A stretch of 64,000 nucleotides of DNA from NCBI GenBank assembly GCA_965203295.1, contig CBDBCZ010000015.1, positions 1,216,001 to 1,280,000 of the forward strand, read 5' to 3'. Of this stretch, positions 26,201-38,900 are shown piece by piece. The stretch comes from Nitrospirales bacterium (lineage in GTDB: Bacteria; Nitrospirota; Nitrospiria; Nitrospirales; UBA8639). Position numbers and translations under genes: made by a program. The notes below the pieces were generated by a model that was not told where the DNA came from, did no database searches, and saw only the letters and a program-made list of their open reading frames with translations. Every line of letters begins with the position of its first letter. Positions within the stretch are counted from its first letter, which is position 1.

Positions 26201-29200
26201 AAAGGCTTGTTTAGTTTGAATGATGTTAGTCAGATACAATACTTGCTTAGGAAGTATCGATTTTCAAGAAAGGAACTGGTTATTCAAAGGCTTGTTTAGT
26301 TTGGTTGATGTTAGTCTGCAGATTAGGAAAGAAGTATTTTATAGAAAATCGTTAGTTTTGTTGGTCTCTAGCAAAGACTTTGAGCCAAAGTAACTAGCTA
26401 CCATTGATCTGACCCTACCCTACTGTTTGGGAAAAGAACTGGTTATTCAAAGGCTTGATTAGTTTTAATGATGTTAGTCGGATACAATACGTGTTTAGGA
26501 AGTGTCGATGTTCAAGAATGGAACTGGTTATTCAAAGGCTTGTTTAGTTTGGTTGATGTTAGTCTGAAGATTAGGAAAGAAGGATTTTATTGAAAATTGT
26601 TACTTTTGTTGGTCTCTAGCAAAGACTTTAAGCCAAAGTAACTAGCTACTATTTATCTGACCCTTCCCAACTGTTTAGAAAAAGAACTGGTTATTCAAAG
26701 GCTTGTTTAGTTTTAATGATGTTAGTCTTAAGATTAGGAAAGAAGGATTTTATTGAAAATTGTTAGTTTTGTTGGTCTCTAGCAAAGACTTTAAGCCAAA
26801 GTAACTAGCTACCGTTTTTTGACCCTTCCTAACTGTTTAGAAAAGAACTGGTTATTTAAAGGCCTGTTTAGTTTTGTTGATGTTAGCCTGAAGATTAGGA
26901 AAGAAGGATTTTATTGAAAATTGTTAGTTTTGTTGGTCTCTAGCAAAGACTTTAAGCCAAAGTTACTAGCTACCATTAATCTGACCCTACCAAACTATTT
27001 AGAAAATGAGCTGGTTATTCAAAAGCTTGTTTTGTTTGAATGATATTAGTCAGATACAATACATGCTTAGGAAGTATCAATGTTCAAGAAAGGAACTGGT
27101 TATTCAAAGGCTTGTTTAATTTGGTTGATGTTAGTCTGAAGATTAGGAAAGAAGGATTTTATTTAAAATTGTTAGTTTTTTTGTCTCTAGCAAAAACTTT
27201 AAGCCAAAGTAACTTGCTACCATTTATCTGACCCTTCCCAACTTTTTAGGAAAAGAACTGGTTATTTAAAGGCTTGTTTAGTTTAAATGATGTTAGTCGC
27301 ATACAATACATGCTTAGGAAGTATCGATGTTCAAGAAAGGAACTGGTTATTCAAATGCTTATTAAGTTTGCTTGATGTTAGTCTGCAGATTAGGAAAGAA
27401 GTATTTTATAGAAAATCGTTAGTTTTGTTGGTCTCTAGCAAAAACTTTGAGCCAAAGTAACTAGCTACCATTGATCCGACCCTTCCCAACTTTTTAGGGA
27501 AAGAAGTGGTTATTCAAAGGCTTGATTAGTTTGGTTGATGTTAGTCTGAAGATTAGGAAAGAAGGATTTTATTTAAAATTGTTAGTTTTGTTGATCTCAG
27601 GCAAAGACTTTCAGCCAAAGTAACTAGCTACCATTGATCTGACCCTTCCCAACTGTTTAGGAAAATAACCTGTTATTCAAAGGCTTGTTTAGTTTGAATG
27701 ATGTTAGTCAGATACAATACATGCTTAGGAAGTATCGTTGTTCAAGAAAGGAACAGGTTATTCAAAGGCTAGTTTAGTTTGAATGGTGTTAGTCAAATAC
27801 AATACATCCTTAGGAAGTATCAATGTTCAAGAAAGGAACTGGTTATTCAAAGGCTTGTTTAATTTTTTTGATGTTAGTCTGCAGATTAGGAAAGAAGTAT
27901 TTTATAGAAAATCGTTAGTTTTGTTGGTCTCTAGCAAAGACTTTGAGCCAAAGTAACTAGCTACCATTGATCTGACCCTACCCTACTGTATAGGAAAAGA
28001 ACTGGTTATTCAAAGGCTTGATTAGTTTTAATGATGTTAGTCGGATACAATACGTGTTTAGGAAGTGTCGATGTTCAAGAATGGAACTGGTTATTCAAAG
28101 GCTTGTTTAGTTTGGTTGATGTTAGTCTGAAGATTAGGAAAGAAGGATTTTATTAAAAATTGTTAGTTTATTTGGTCTCTAGCAAAGACTTTAAGCCAAA
28201 GTAACTAGGTACCATTTATCAGACCCTTCCGAACTGTTTAGAAAAAGAACTGGTTATTCAAAGGCCTGTTTAGTTTCGTTGATGTTAGCCTGAAGATTAG
28301 GAAAGAAGGATTTTATTGAAAATTGTTAGTTTTGTTGGTCTCTAGCAAAGACTTTAAGCCAAAGTCACTAGCTACTATTGATCTGACCCTTCCCAACCGT
28401 TTAGAAAAAGAGCTTATTATTCAAAGGCTAGTTTAGTTTGAATGATGTTAGTCAAATACAATAATCCTTAGGAAGTATCTATGTTCAAGAAAGGAACTGG
28501 TTATTCAAAGGCTTGTTTAGTTTGCTTGATGTTAGTCTGCAGATTAGGAAAGAAGTATTTTATAGAAAATTGTTAGTTTTTTTGGTGTCTAGCAAAGACT
28601 TTGAGCCAAAGTAACAAGCTACCATTGATCTGACCCTTCCCAACTGTTTAGGAAAAGAAGTGGTTATTCAAAAGCTTATTTAGTTTGAATGATGTTAGTC
28701 ATATACAATACACGCTTAGGAAGCATCGATGTTCAAGAAAGGAACTTGTTATTCAAAGGCTTGTTTAGTTTGGTTGATGTTAGTCTGAAGATTAGGAAAG
28801 AAGGATTTTATTTAAAATTGTTAGTTTTGTTGATCTCAGGCAAAGACTTTCAGCCAAAGTAACTAGCTACCATTGATCTGACCCTTCCCAACTGTTTAGG
28901 AAAAGAACCTGTTATTCAAAGGCTTGTTTAGTTTGAATTATGTTAGTCAGATACAATACATGCTTAGGAAGTATCGTTGTTCAAGAAAGGAACAGGTTAT
29001 TCAAAGGCTAGTTTAGTTTGAATGGTGTTAGTCAAATACAATACATCTTAGGAAGTATCGATGTTCCAGAAAGGAACTGGTTATTCAAACGCTTGTTTAA
29101 TTTTGTTGATGTTAGTCTGCAGATTAGGAAAGAAGTATTTTATAGAAAATCGTTAGTTTTGTTGGTCTCTAGCAAAGACTTTGAGCCAAAGTAACTAGCT

Positions 29201-31273
29201 ACCATTGATCTGACCCTACCCTACTGTTTGGGAAAAGAACTGGTTATTCAAAGGCTTGATTAGTTTTAATGATGTTAGTCGGATACAATACGTGTTTAGG
29301 AAGTGTCGATGTTCAAGAATGGAACTGGTTATTCAAAGGCTTGTTTAGTTTGGTTGATGTTAGTCTGAAGATTAGGAAAGAAGGATTTTATTGAAAATTG
29401 TTAGTTTTGTTGGTCTCTAGCAAAGACTTTAAGCCAAAGTAACTAGCTACCATTTATCTGACCCTTCCCAACTGTTTAGAAAAAGAACTGGTTATTCAAA
29501 GGCTTGTTTAGTTTTATTGATGTTAGTCTAAAGATTAGGAAAGAAGGATTTTATTGAAAATTGTTAGTTTTGTTGGTCTCTAGCAAAGACTTTAAGCCAA
29601 AGTAACTAGCTACCATTTTTCTGACCCTTCCTAACTGTTTAGAAAAGAACTGGTTATTCAAAGGCCTGTTTAGTTTTGTTGATGTTAGCCTGAAGATTAG
29701 GAAAGAAGGATTTTATTGAAAATTGTTAGTTTTGTTGGTCTCTAGCAAAGACTTTAAGCCAAAGTTACTAGCTACCATTAATCTGACCCTACCAAACTAT
29801 TTAGAAAATGAGCTGGTTGTTCAAAAGCTTGTTTTGTTTGAATGATATTAGACAGATACAATACATGCTTAGAAAGTATCAATGTTCAAGAAAGGAACTG
29901 GTTATTCAAAGGCTTGTTTAATTTGGTTGATGTTAGTCTGAAGATTAGGAAAGAAGGATTTTATTTAAAATTGTTAGTTTTTTTGTCTCTAGCAAAAACT
30001 TTAAGCCAAAGTAACTTGCTACCATTTATCTGACCCTTCCCAACTGTTTAGAAAAAGAGCTGGTTATTCAAAGGCCTTTTTAGTTTTGTTGATGTTAGCC
30101 TGAAGATTAGGAAAGAAGGATTTTATTGAAAATTGTTAGTTTCGTTGGTCTCAGGCAAAGACTTTCAGCCAAAGTAACTGGCTACCATTGATCTGACCCT
30201 TCCCAACTGTTTAGGAAAAGAACTGGTTATTGAAAGGCTTGTTTAGTTTGAATGATGTTAGTCAGATACAATACTTGCTTAGGAAGTATCGATTTTCAAG
30301 AAAGGAACTGGTTATTCAAAGGCTTGTTTAGTTTGGTTGATGTTAGTCTGCAGATTAGGAAAGAAGTATTTTATAGAAAATCGTTAGTTTTGTTGGTCTC
30401 TAGCAAAGACTTTGAGCCAAAGTAACTAGCTACCATTGATCTGACCCTACCCTACTGTTTGGGAAAAGAACTGGTTATTCAAAGGCTTGATTAGTTTTAA
30501 TGATGTTAGTCGGATACAATACGTGTTTAGGAAGTGTCGATGTTCAAGAATGGAACTGGTTATTCAAAGGCTTGTTTAGTTTGGTTGATGTTAGTCTGAA
30601 GATTAGGAAAGAAGGATTTTATTGAAAATTGTTACTTTTGTTGGTCTCTAGCAAAGACTTTAAGCCAAAGTAACTAGCTACCATTTATCTGACCCTTCCC
30701 AACTGTTTAGAAAAAGAACTGGTTATTCAAAGGCTTGTTTAGTTTTAATGATGTTAGTCTTAAGATTAGGAAAGAAGGATTTTATTGAAAATTGTTAGTT
30801 TTGTTGGTCTCTAGCAAAGACTTTAAGCCAAAGTAACTAGCTACCGTTTTTTGACCCTTCCTAACTGTTTAGAAAAGAACTGGTTATTTAAAGGCCTGTT
30901 TAGTTTTGTTGATGTTAGCCTGAAGATTAGGAAAGAAGGATTTTATTGAAAATTGTTAGTTTTGTTGGTCTCTAGCAAAGACTTTAAGCCAAAGTTACTA
31001 GCTACCATTAATCTGACCCTACCAAACTATTTAGAAAATGAGCTGGTTATTCAAAAGCTTGTTTTGTTTGAATGATATTAGTCAGATACAGTACATGCTT
31101 AGGAAGTATCAATGTTCAAGAAAGGAACTGGTTATTCAAAGGCTTGTTTAATTTGGTTGATGTTAGTCTGAAGATTAGGAAAGAAGGATTTTATTTAAAA
31201 TTGTTAGTTTTTTTGTTTCTAGCAAAAACTTTAAGCCAAAGTAACTTGCTACCATTTATCTGACCCTTCCCAA
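23210..31273 (+). repeat. 4032-bp tandem duplication within the array
   Basis: gtcgcatac at 23264 and 27296. Repeat-derived ORFs at 25810/29842 and 27040/31072 give the same 4032 offset. Confidence 0.92.
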
Positions 31274-32900
31274 CTGTTTAGAAAAAGAGCTGGTTATTCA
31301 AAGGCCTTTTTAGTTTTGTTGATGTTAGCCTGAAGATTAGGAAAGAAGGATTTTATTGAAAATTGTTAGTTTCGTTGGTCTCAGGCAAAGACTTTCAGCC
31401 AAAGTAACTGGCTACCATTGATCTGACCCTTCCCAACTGTTTAGGAAAAGAACTGGTTATTGAAAGGCTTGTTTAGTTTGAATGATGTTAGTCAGATACA
31501 ATACTTGCTTAGGAAGTATCGATTTTCAAGAAAGGAACTGGTTATTCAAAGGCTTGTTTAGTTTGGTTGATGTTAGTCTGCAGATTAGGAAAGAAGTATT
31601 TTATAGGAAATCGTTAGTTTTGTTGGTCTCTAGCAAAGACTTTGAGCCAAAGTAACTAGCTACCATTGATCTGACCCTACCCTACTGTTTGGGAAAAGAA
31701 CTGGTTATTCAAAGGCTTGATTAGTTTTAATGATGTTAGTCGGATACAATACGTGTTTAGGAAGTGTCGATGTTCAAGAATGGAACTGGTTATTCAAAGG
31801 CTTGTTTAGTTTGGTTGATGTTAGTCTGAAGATTAGGAAAGAAGGATTTTATTGAAAATTGTTACTTTTGTTGGTCTCTAGCAAAGACTTTAAGCCAAAG
31901 TAACTAGCTACCATTTATCTGACCCTTCCCAACTGTTTAGAAAAAGAACTGGTTATTCAAAGGCTTGTTTAGTTTTAATGATGTTAGTCTTAAGATTAGG
32001 AAAGAAGGATTTTATTGAAAATTGTTAGTTTTGTTGGTCTCTAGCAAAGACTTTAAGCCAAAGTAACTAGCTACCATTTTTTGACCCTTCCTAACTGTTT
32101 AGAAATGAACTGGTTATTCAAAGGCCTGTTTAGTTTTGTTGATGTTAGCCTGAAGATTAGGAAAGAAGGATTTTATTGAAAATTGTTAGTTTTGTTGGTC
32201 TCTAGCAAAGACTTTAAGCCAAAGTTACTAGCTACCATTAATCTGACCCTACCAAACTATTTAGAAAATGAGCTGGTTATTCAAAAGCTTGTTTTGTTTG
32301 AATGATATTAGTCAGATACAATACATGCTTAGGAAGTATCAATGTTCAAGAAAGGAACTGGTTATTCAAAGGCTTGTTTAATTTGGTTGATGTTAGTCTG
32401 AAGATTAGGAAAGAAGGATTTTATTTAAAATTGTTAGTTTTTTTGTCTCTAGCAAAAACTTTAAGCCAAAGTAACTTGCTACCATTTATCTGACCCTTCC
32501 CAACTGTTTAGAAAAAGAGCTGGTTATTCAAAGGCCTTTTTAGTTTTGTTGATGTTAGCCTGAAGATTAGGAAAGAAGGATTTTATTGAAAATTGTTAGT
32601 TTCGTTGGTCTCAGGCAAAGACTTTCAGCCAAAGTAACTGGCTACTATTGATCTGACCCTTCCCAACTGTTTAGGAAAAGAACTGGTTATTGAAAGGCTT
32701 GTTTAGTTTGAATGATGTTAGTCAGATACAATACTTGCTTAGGAAGTATCGATTTTCAAGAAAGGAACTGGTTATTCAAAGGCTTGTTTAGTTTGGTTGA
32801 TGTTAGTCTGCAGATTAGGAAAGAAGTATTTTATAGAAAATCGTTAGTTTTGTTGGTCTCTAGCAAAGACTTTGAGCCAAAGTAACTAGCTACCATTGAT
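29080..32900 (+). repeat. 1230-bp higher-order repeat (S-L-L-S-L-S-L-L-L), about 3 tandem copies; about 1.8 more at ~25050-27240
   Basis: Matching phase at 29842, 31072 and 32302, and at 25810 and 27040. 6x163+3x85=1233, less three bases of small deletions. Confidence 0.92.
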
Positions 32901-35900
32901 CTGACCCTTCCCAACTGTTTATAAAAAGAACTGGTTATTCAAAGGCCTGTTTAGGTTCGTTGATTTTAGCCTGAAGATCAGGAAAGAAGGATTTTATTGA
33001 TAATTGTTAGTTTTGTAGGTCTCTTACAAAGACTTTAAGCCAAAGTAACTGGCTACCATTGATCTGATCCTTCCCAACTATTTAGAAAAAGAGCTGGTTA
33101 TTCAAAGGCCTGTTTAGTTTTGTTGATTTTAGCCTTAAGATTAGGAAAGAAGGATTTTATTGAAAATTGTTAGTTTTGTTGGTCTCAGGTAAAGACTTTC
33201 AGCCAAAGTAACTGGCTACCATTGATCTGACCCTTAGCAACTGTTTTGGAAAAGAACTGGTTATTCAAAGGCTTGTTTAGTTTGAATGATGTTAGTCAGA
33301 TACAATACATGCTTAGGAAGTATCGTTGTTCAAGAAAGGAACTGGTTATTCAAAGGCTTTTTTAGTTTGGTTGATGTTAGTCTGAAGATTAGGAAAGAAG
33401 GATTTTATTGAAAATTGTTAGTTTTGTTTGTCTCAGGCAAAGACTTTCAGTCAAAGTAACTGGCTACCATTGATCTGACCTTTCCAAACTGTTTAGGAAA
33501 AGAACTTGTTATTCAAAGGCTTGTTTAGTTTGAATGATGTTAGTCAGATACAATACATGCCTAGGAAGTATCGATGTTCAAGAAAGGAACTGGTTATTCA
33601 AAGGCTTGTTTAGTTTGCTTGATGTTATTCTGCAGATAAGGAAAGAAGTATTTTATAGAAAATCATTTATTTTGTTGGTCTCTAGCAAAGACTTTGAGCC
33701 AAAGTATCTATCTACCATTGATCTGACCCTTCCCAACTGTTTAGGAAAAGAACTGGTTATTCAAAGGCTTGATTAGTTTTAATGATGTTAGTCGGATACA
33801 ATACATGTTTAGGAAGTGTCGATGTTCAAGAAAGGAACTGGTTATTCAAAGGCTTGTTTAGTTTGGTTGATATTAGTCTGAAGATTAGGAAAGAAGGATT
33901 TTAATGAAAATTGTTAGTTTTGTTGGTCTCAGGCAAAGACTTTCAGCCAAAGTAACTAGCTACCATTTATCTGACCCTTCCTAACTGTTTAGGAAAAGAA
34001 CTGGTTATTCAAATGCTTGTTTAGTTTGAATGATGTTAGTCTGAAGATTAGGAAAGAAGGATTTTATTGAAAATTGTTAGTTTTGTTGGTCTCTAGCAAA
34101 GACTTTAAGCCAAAGTAACTAGCTACCATTTATCTGACCCTTCCCAACTGCTTAGAAAAATAACTTGTTATTCAAAGGCCTGTTTAGTTTTGTTGATGTT
34201 AGCCTGAAGATTAAGAAAGAAGGATTTTATTGATAATTGTTAGTTTTGTTGGTCTCTTGCAAAGACTTTAAGCCACGGTAACTGGCTACCATTTATCTGA
34301 CCCTTCCAAACTGTTTAGAAAAAGAACTGGTTAATCAAAGGCCTGTTTAGTTTATTTGACGTTAGCCTGAAGATTAGGAAAGAAGGATTTTATTGAAAAT
34401 TGTTAGTTTTGTTTGTCTCTAGCAAAGACTTTGAGCCAAAGTCACTAGCTACCATTGATCTGACCTCTCCCAACTATTTAGAAAAAGAGCTGGTTATTCA
34501 AAAGTTTGTTTTATTTGAATGATATTAGTCATATACAATACATGCTTAGGAAGTATCGATGTTCAAGAAAGGAACTGGTTATTCAAAGGCTTGTTTAGTT
34601 TGGTTGATGTTAGTCTGAAGTTTAGGAAAGAAGGATTTTAATGAAAATTGTTTGTTTTGTTGGTCTCAGGCAAATACTTTCAGCCATAGTAACTGGCTAC
34701 CATTGATCTGACCGTTCCCAACTGTTTAGGAAAATAACTTGTTATTCAAAGGCTTGTTTAGTTTGAATGATGTTAGTCAGATACAATACATGCTTAGGAA
34801 GTATCGATGTTCAAGAAAGGAACTGGTTATTCAAATGCTTATTTAGTTTGCTTGATGTTAGTCTGCAGATTAGGAAAGAAGTATTTTATAGAAAATCGTT
34901 AGTTTTGTTGGTCTCTAGCAAAGACTTTGAGCCAAAGTAACTAGCTACCATTGATCTGACCCTTCCCAACTTTTTAGGAAAAGAAGTGGTTATTCAAAGG
35001 CTTGATTAGTTTGGTTGATGTTAGTCTGAAGATTAGGAAAGAAGGATTTTATTTAAAATTGTTAGTTTTGTTGATCTCAGGCAAAGACTTTCAGCCAAAG
35101 TAACTAACTACCATTGATCTGACCCTTCCCAACTGTTTAGGAAAAGAACCTGTTATTCAAAGGCTTGTTTAGTTTGAATGATGTTAGTCAGATACAATAC
35201 ATGCTTAGGAAGTATCGTTGTTCAAGAAAGGAACAGGTTATTCAAAGGCTAGTTTAGTTTGAATGGTGTTAGTCAAATACAATACATCCTTAGGAAGTAT
35301 CGATGTTCAAGAAAGGAACTGGTTATTCAAAGGCTTGTTTAATTTTATTGATGTTAGTCTGCAGATTAGGAAAGAAGTATTTTATAGAAAATCGTTAGTT
35401 TTGTTGGTCTCTAGCAAAGACTTTGAGCCAAAGTAACTAGCTACCATTGATCTGACCCTACCCTACTGTATAGGAAAAGAACTGGTTATTCAAAGGCTTG
35501 ATTAGTTTTAATGATGTTAGTCGGATACAATACGTGTTTAGGAAGTGTCGATGTTCAAGAATGGAACTGGTTATTCAAAGGCTTGTTTAGTTTGGTTGAT
35601 GTTAGTCTGAAGATTAGGAAAGAAGGATTTTATTGAAAATTGTTAGTTTATTTGGTCTCTAGCAAAGACTTTAAGCCAAAGTAACTAGGTACCATTTATC
35701 AGACCCGTCCGAACTGTTTAGAAAAAGAACTGGTTATTCAAAGGCCTGTTTAGTTTTGTTGATTTTAGCCTGAAGATTAGGAAAGAAGGATTTTATTGAA
35801 AATTGTTAGTTTTGTTGGTCTCAGGTAAAGACTTTCAGCCAAAGTAACTGGCTACCATTGATCTGACCCTTAGCAACTGTTTTGGAAAAGAACTGGTTAT

Positions 35901-38900
35901 TCAAAGGCTTGTTTAGTTTGAATGATGTTAGTCAGATACAATACATGCTTAGGAAGTATCGATGTTCAAGAAAGGAACTGGTTATTCAAAGGCTTTTTTA
36001 GTTTGGTTGATGTTAGTCTGAAGATTAGGAAAGAAGGATTTTATTGAAAATTGTTAGTTTTGTTGGTCTCAGGCAAAGACTTTAAGCCACGGTAACTGGC
36101 TACCATTTATCTGACCCTTCCAAACTGTTTAGAAAAAGAACTGGTTAATCAAAGGCCTGTTTAGTTTCGTTGATTTTAGCCTGAAAATTAGGAAAGAAGG
36201 ATTTTATTGATAATTGTTAGTTTTGTAGGTCTCTCGCAAAGACTTTAAGCCAAAGTAACTGGCTACCATTGATCTGATCCTTCCCAACTATTTAGAAAAC
36301 GAACTGGTTATTCAAAGGCCTATTTAGTTTTGTTGATTTTAGCCTGAAGATTAAGAAAGAAGGATTTTATTGATAATTGTTAGTTTTGTTGGTCTCTTGC
36401 AAAGACTTTAAGCCAAAGTAACTGGCTACTATTAATCTGATCCTTCCCAACTATTTAGAAAAAGAGCTGGTTATTCAAAGGCTTGTTTTGTTTGAATGAT
36501 ATTAGTCAGATACAATACATGCTTAGGAAATATCGATGTTCAAGAAAGGAACTGGTTATTCAAAGGCTTGTTTAGTTTGGTTGATGTTAGTCTGAAGATT
36601 AGGAAAGAAGGATTTTAATGAAAATTGTTAGTTTTGTTGGTCTCAGGCAAATACTTTCAGCCAAAGTAACTAGCTACCATTGATCTGACCCTTCCCAACT
36701 GTTTAGGAAAAGAACTGGTTATTCAAAGGCTTGTTTAGTTTGAATGATGTTAGTCTGAAGATTAGGAAAAAAGGATTTTAATGGAAATTGTTAGTTTTGT
36801 TGGTCTCTAGCAAAGACTTTAAGCCAAAGTAACTAGCTACCATTTATCTGACCCTTCCAAACTGTTTAGAAAAAGAACTGGTTATTCAAAGGCCTGTTTA
36901 GTTTTGTTGATGTTAGCCTGAAGATTAGGAAAGAAGAATTTTTTTGAAAATTGTTAGTTTTGTTGTCTTTAGCAAAGACTTTAAGCCAAAGTAACTAGCT
37001 ACCTTTGATCTGACCCTTCCCAACTGTTTAGGAAAAGAACTGGTTATTCAAAGGCTTGTTTAGTTTGAATGATGTTAGTCTGAAGATTAGGAAAGAAGGA
37101 TTTTAATGAAAATTTTTAGTTTTGTTGGTCTCTAGCAAAGACTTTAAGCCAAAGTAACTAGCTGCCATTTATCTGACCCTTCCAAACTGTTTAGAAAAAG
37201 AACTGTTTATTCAAAGGACTGTTTAGTTTTGTTGATGTTAGCCTGCAGATTAGGAAAGAAGGATTTTTTTGAAAATTGTTAGTTTTGTTGGTCTCTAGCA
37301 AAGACTTTAAGCCAAAGTTTCTAACTACCAATGATCTGACCCTTCCGAACTATTTAGAAAATGAGCTGGTTATTCAAAGGCTTGTTTTGTTTGAATGATA
37401 TTAGTCAGATACAATACATGCTTAGGAAGTATCAATGTTCAAGAAAGGAACTGGTTATTCGAAGGCTTGTTTAGTTTGGTTGATGTTAGTCTGAAGATTA
37501 GGAAAGAAGGATTTTATTTAAAATTGTTAGTTTTTTTGTCTCTAGCAAAGACTTTAAGCCAAAGTAACTTGCTACCATTTATCTGACCCTTCCCAACTGT
37601 TTAGAAAAAGAGCTGGTTATTCAAAGGCCTGTTTAGTTTTGTTGATTTTAGCCTGAAGATTAGGAAAGAAGGATTTTATTGAAAATTGTTAGTTTTGTTG
37701 GTCTCAGGCAAAGACTTTCAGCCAAAGTAACTGGCTACCATTGATCTGACCCTTAGCAACTGTTTTGGAAAAGAACTGGTTATTCAAAGGCTTGTTTAGT
37801 TTGAATGATGTTAGTCAGATACAATACACGCTTAGGAAGTATCGATGTTCAAGAAAGGAACTGGTTATTCAAAGTCTTTTTTAGTTTGGTTGATGTTAGT
37901 CTGAAGATTAGGAAAGAAGGATTTTATTGAAAATTGTTAGTTTTGTTGGTCTCAGGCAAAGACTTTCAGTCAAAGTAACTAGCTACCATTAATCTGACCC
38001 TTCCAAACTGTTTAGGAAAAGAACTTGTTATTCAAAGGCTTGTTTAGTTTGAATGATGTTAGTCAGATACAATACATGCCTAGGAAGTATCGATGTTCAA
38101 GAAAGGAACTGGTTATTCAAAGGCTTGTTTTTTTTGCTTGATGTTAGTCTGCAGATAAGGAAAGAGTATTTTATAGAAAATCATTAGTTTTGTTGGTCTC
38201 TAGCAAAGACTTTGAGCCAAAGTAACTATCTACCATTGATCTGACCCTTCCCAACTGTTTAGGAAAAGAACTGGTTATTCAAAGGCTTGTTTAGTTTGAA
38301 TGATGTTAGTCAGATACAATACATTCTTAGGAAGTATCGTTGTTCAAGAAAGGAACTGGTTATTCAAAGGCTAGTTTAGTTTGAATGGTGTTAGCCAAAT
38401 ACAATACTTCCTTAGGAAGTATCGATGTTCAAGAAAGGAACTGGTTATTCAAAGGCTTGTTTAATTTCGTTGATGTTAGTCTGCAGATTAGGAAAGAAGT
38501 ATTTTATAGAAAATCGTTAGTTTTGTTGGTCTCTAGCAAAGACTTTGAGCCAAAGTAACTAGCTACCATTGATCTGACCCTTCCCTACTGTTTAGGAAAA
38601 GAACTGGTTATTCAAAGGCTTGATTAGTTTTAATGATGTTAGTCGGATACAATACGTGTTTAGGAAGTGTCGATGTTCAAGAAAGGAACTGGTTATTCAA
38701 AGGCTTGTTTAGTTTGGTTGATGTTAGTCTGAAGATTAGGAAAGAAGGATTTTATTGAAAATTGTTAGTTTTGTTGGTCTCTAGCAAAGACTTTAAGCCA
38801 AAGTAACTAGCTACCATTTATCTGACCCTTCCCAACTGTTTAGAAAAAGAACTGGTTATTCAAAGGCTTGTTTTGTTTTAATGATGTTAGTCTTAAGATT

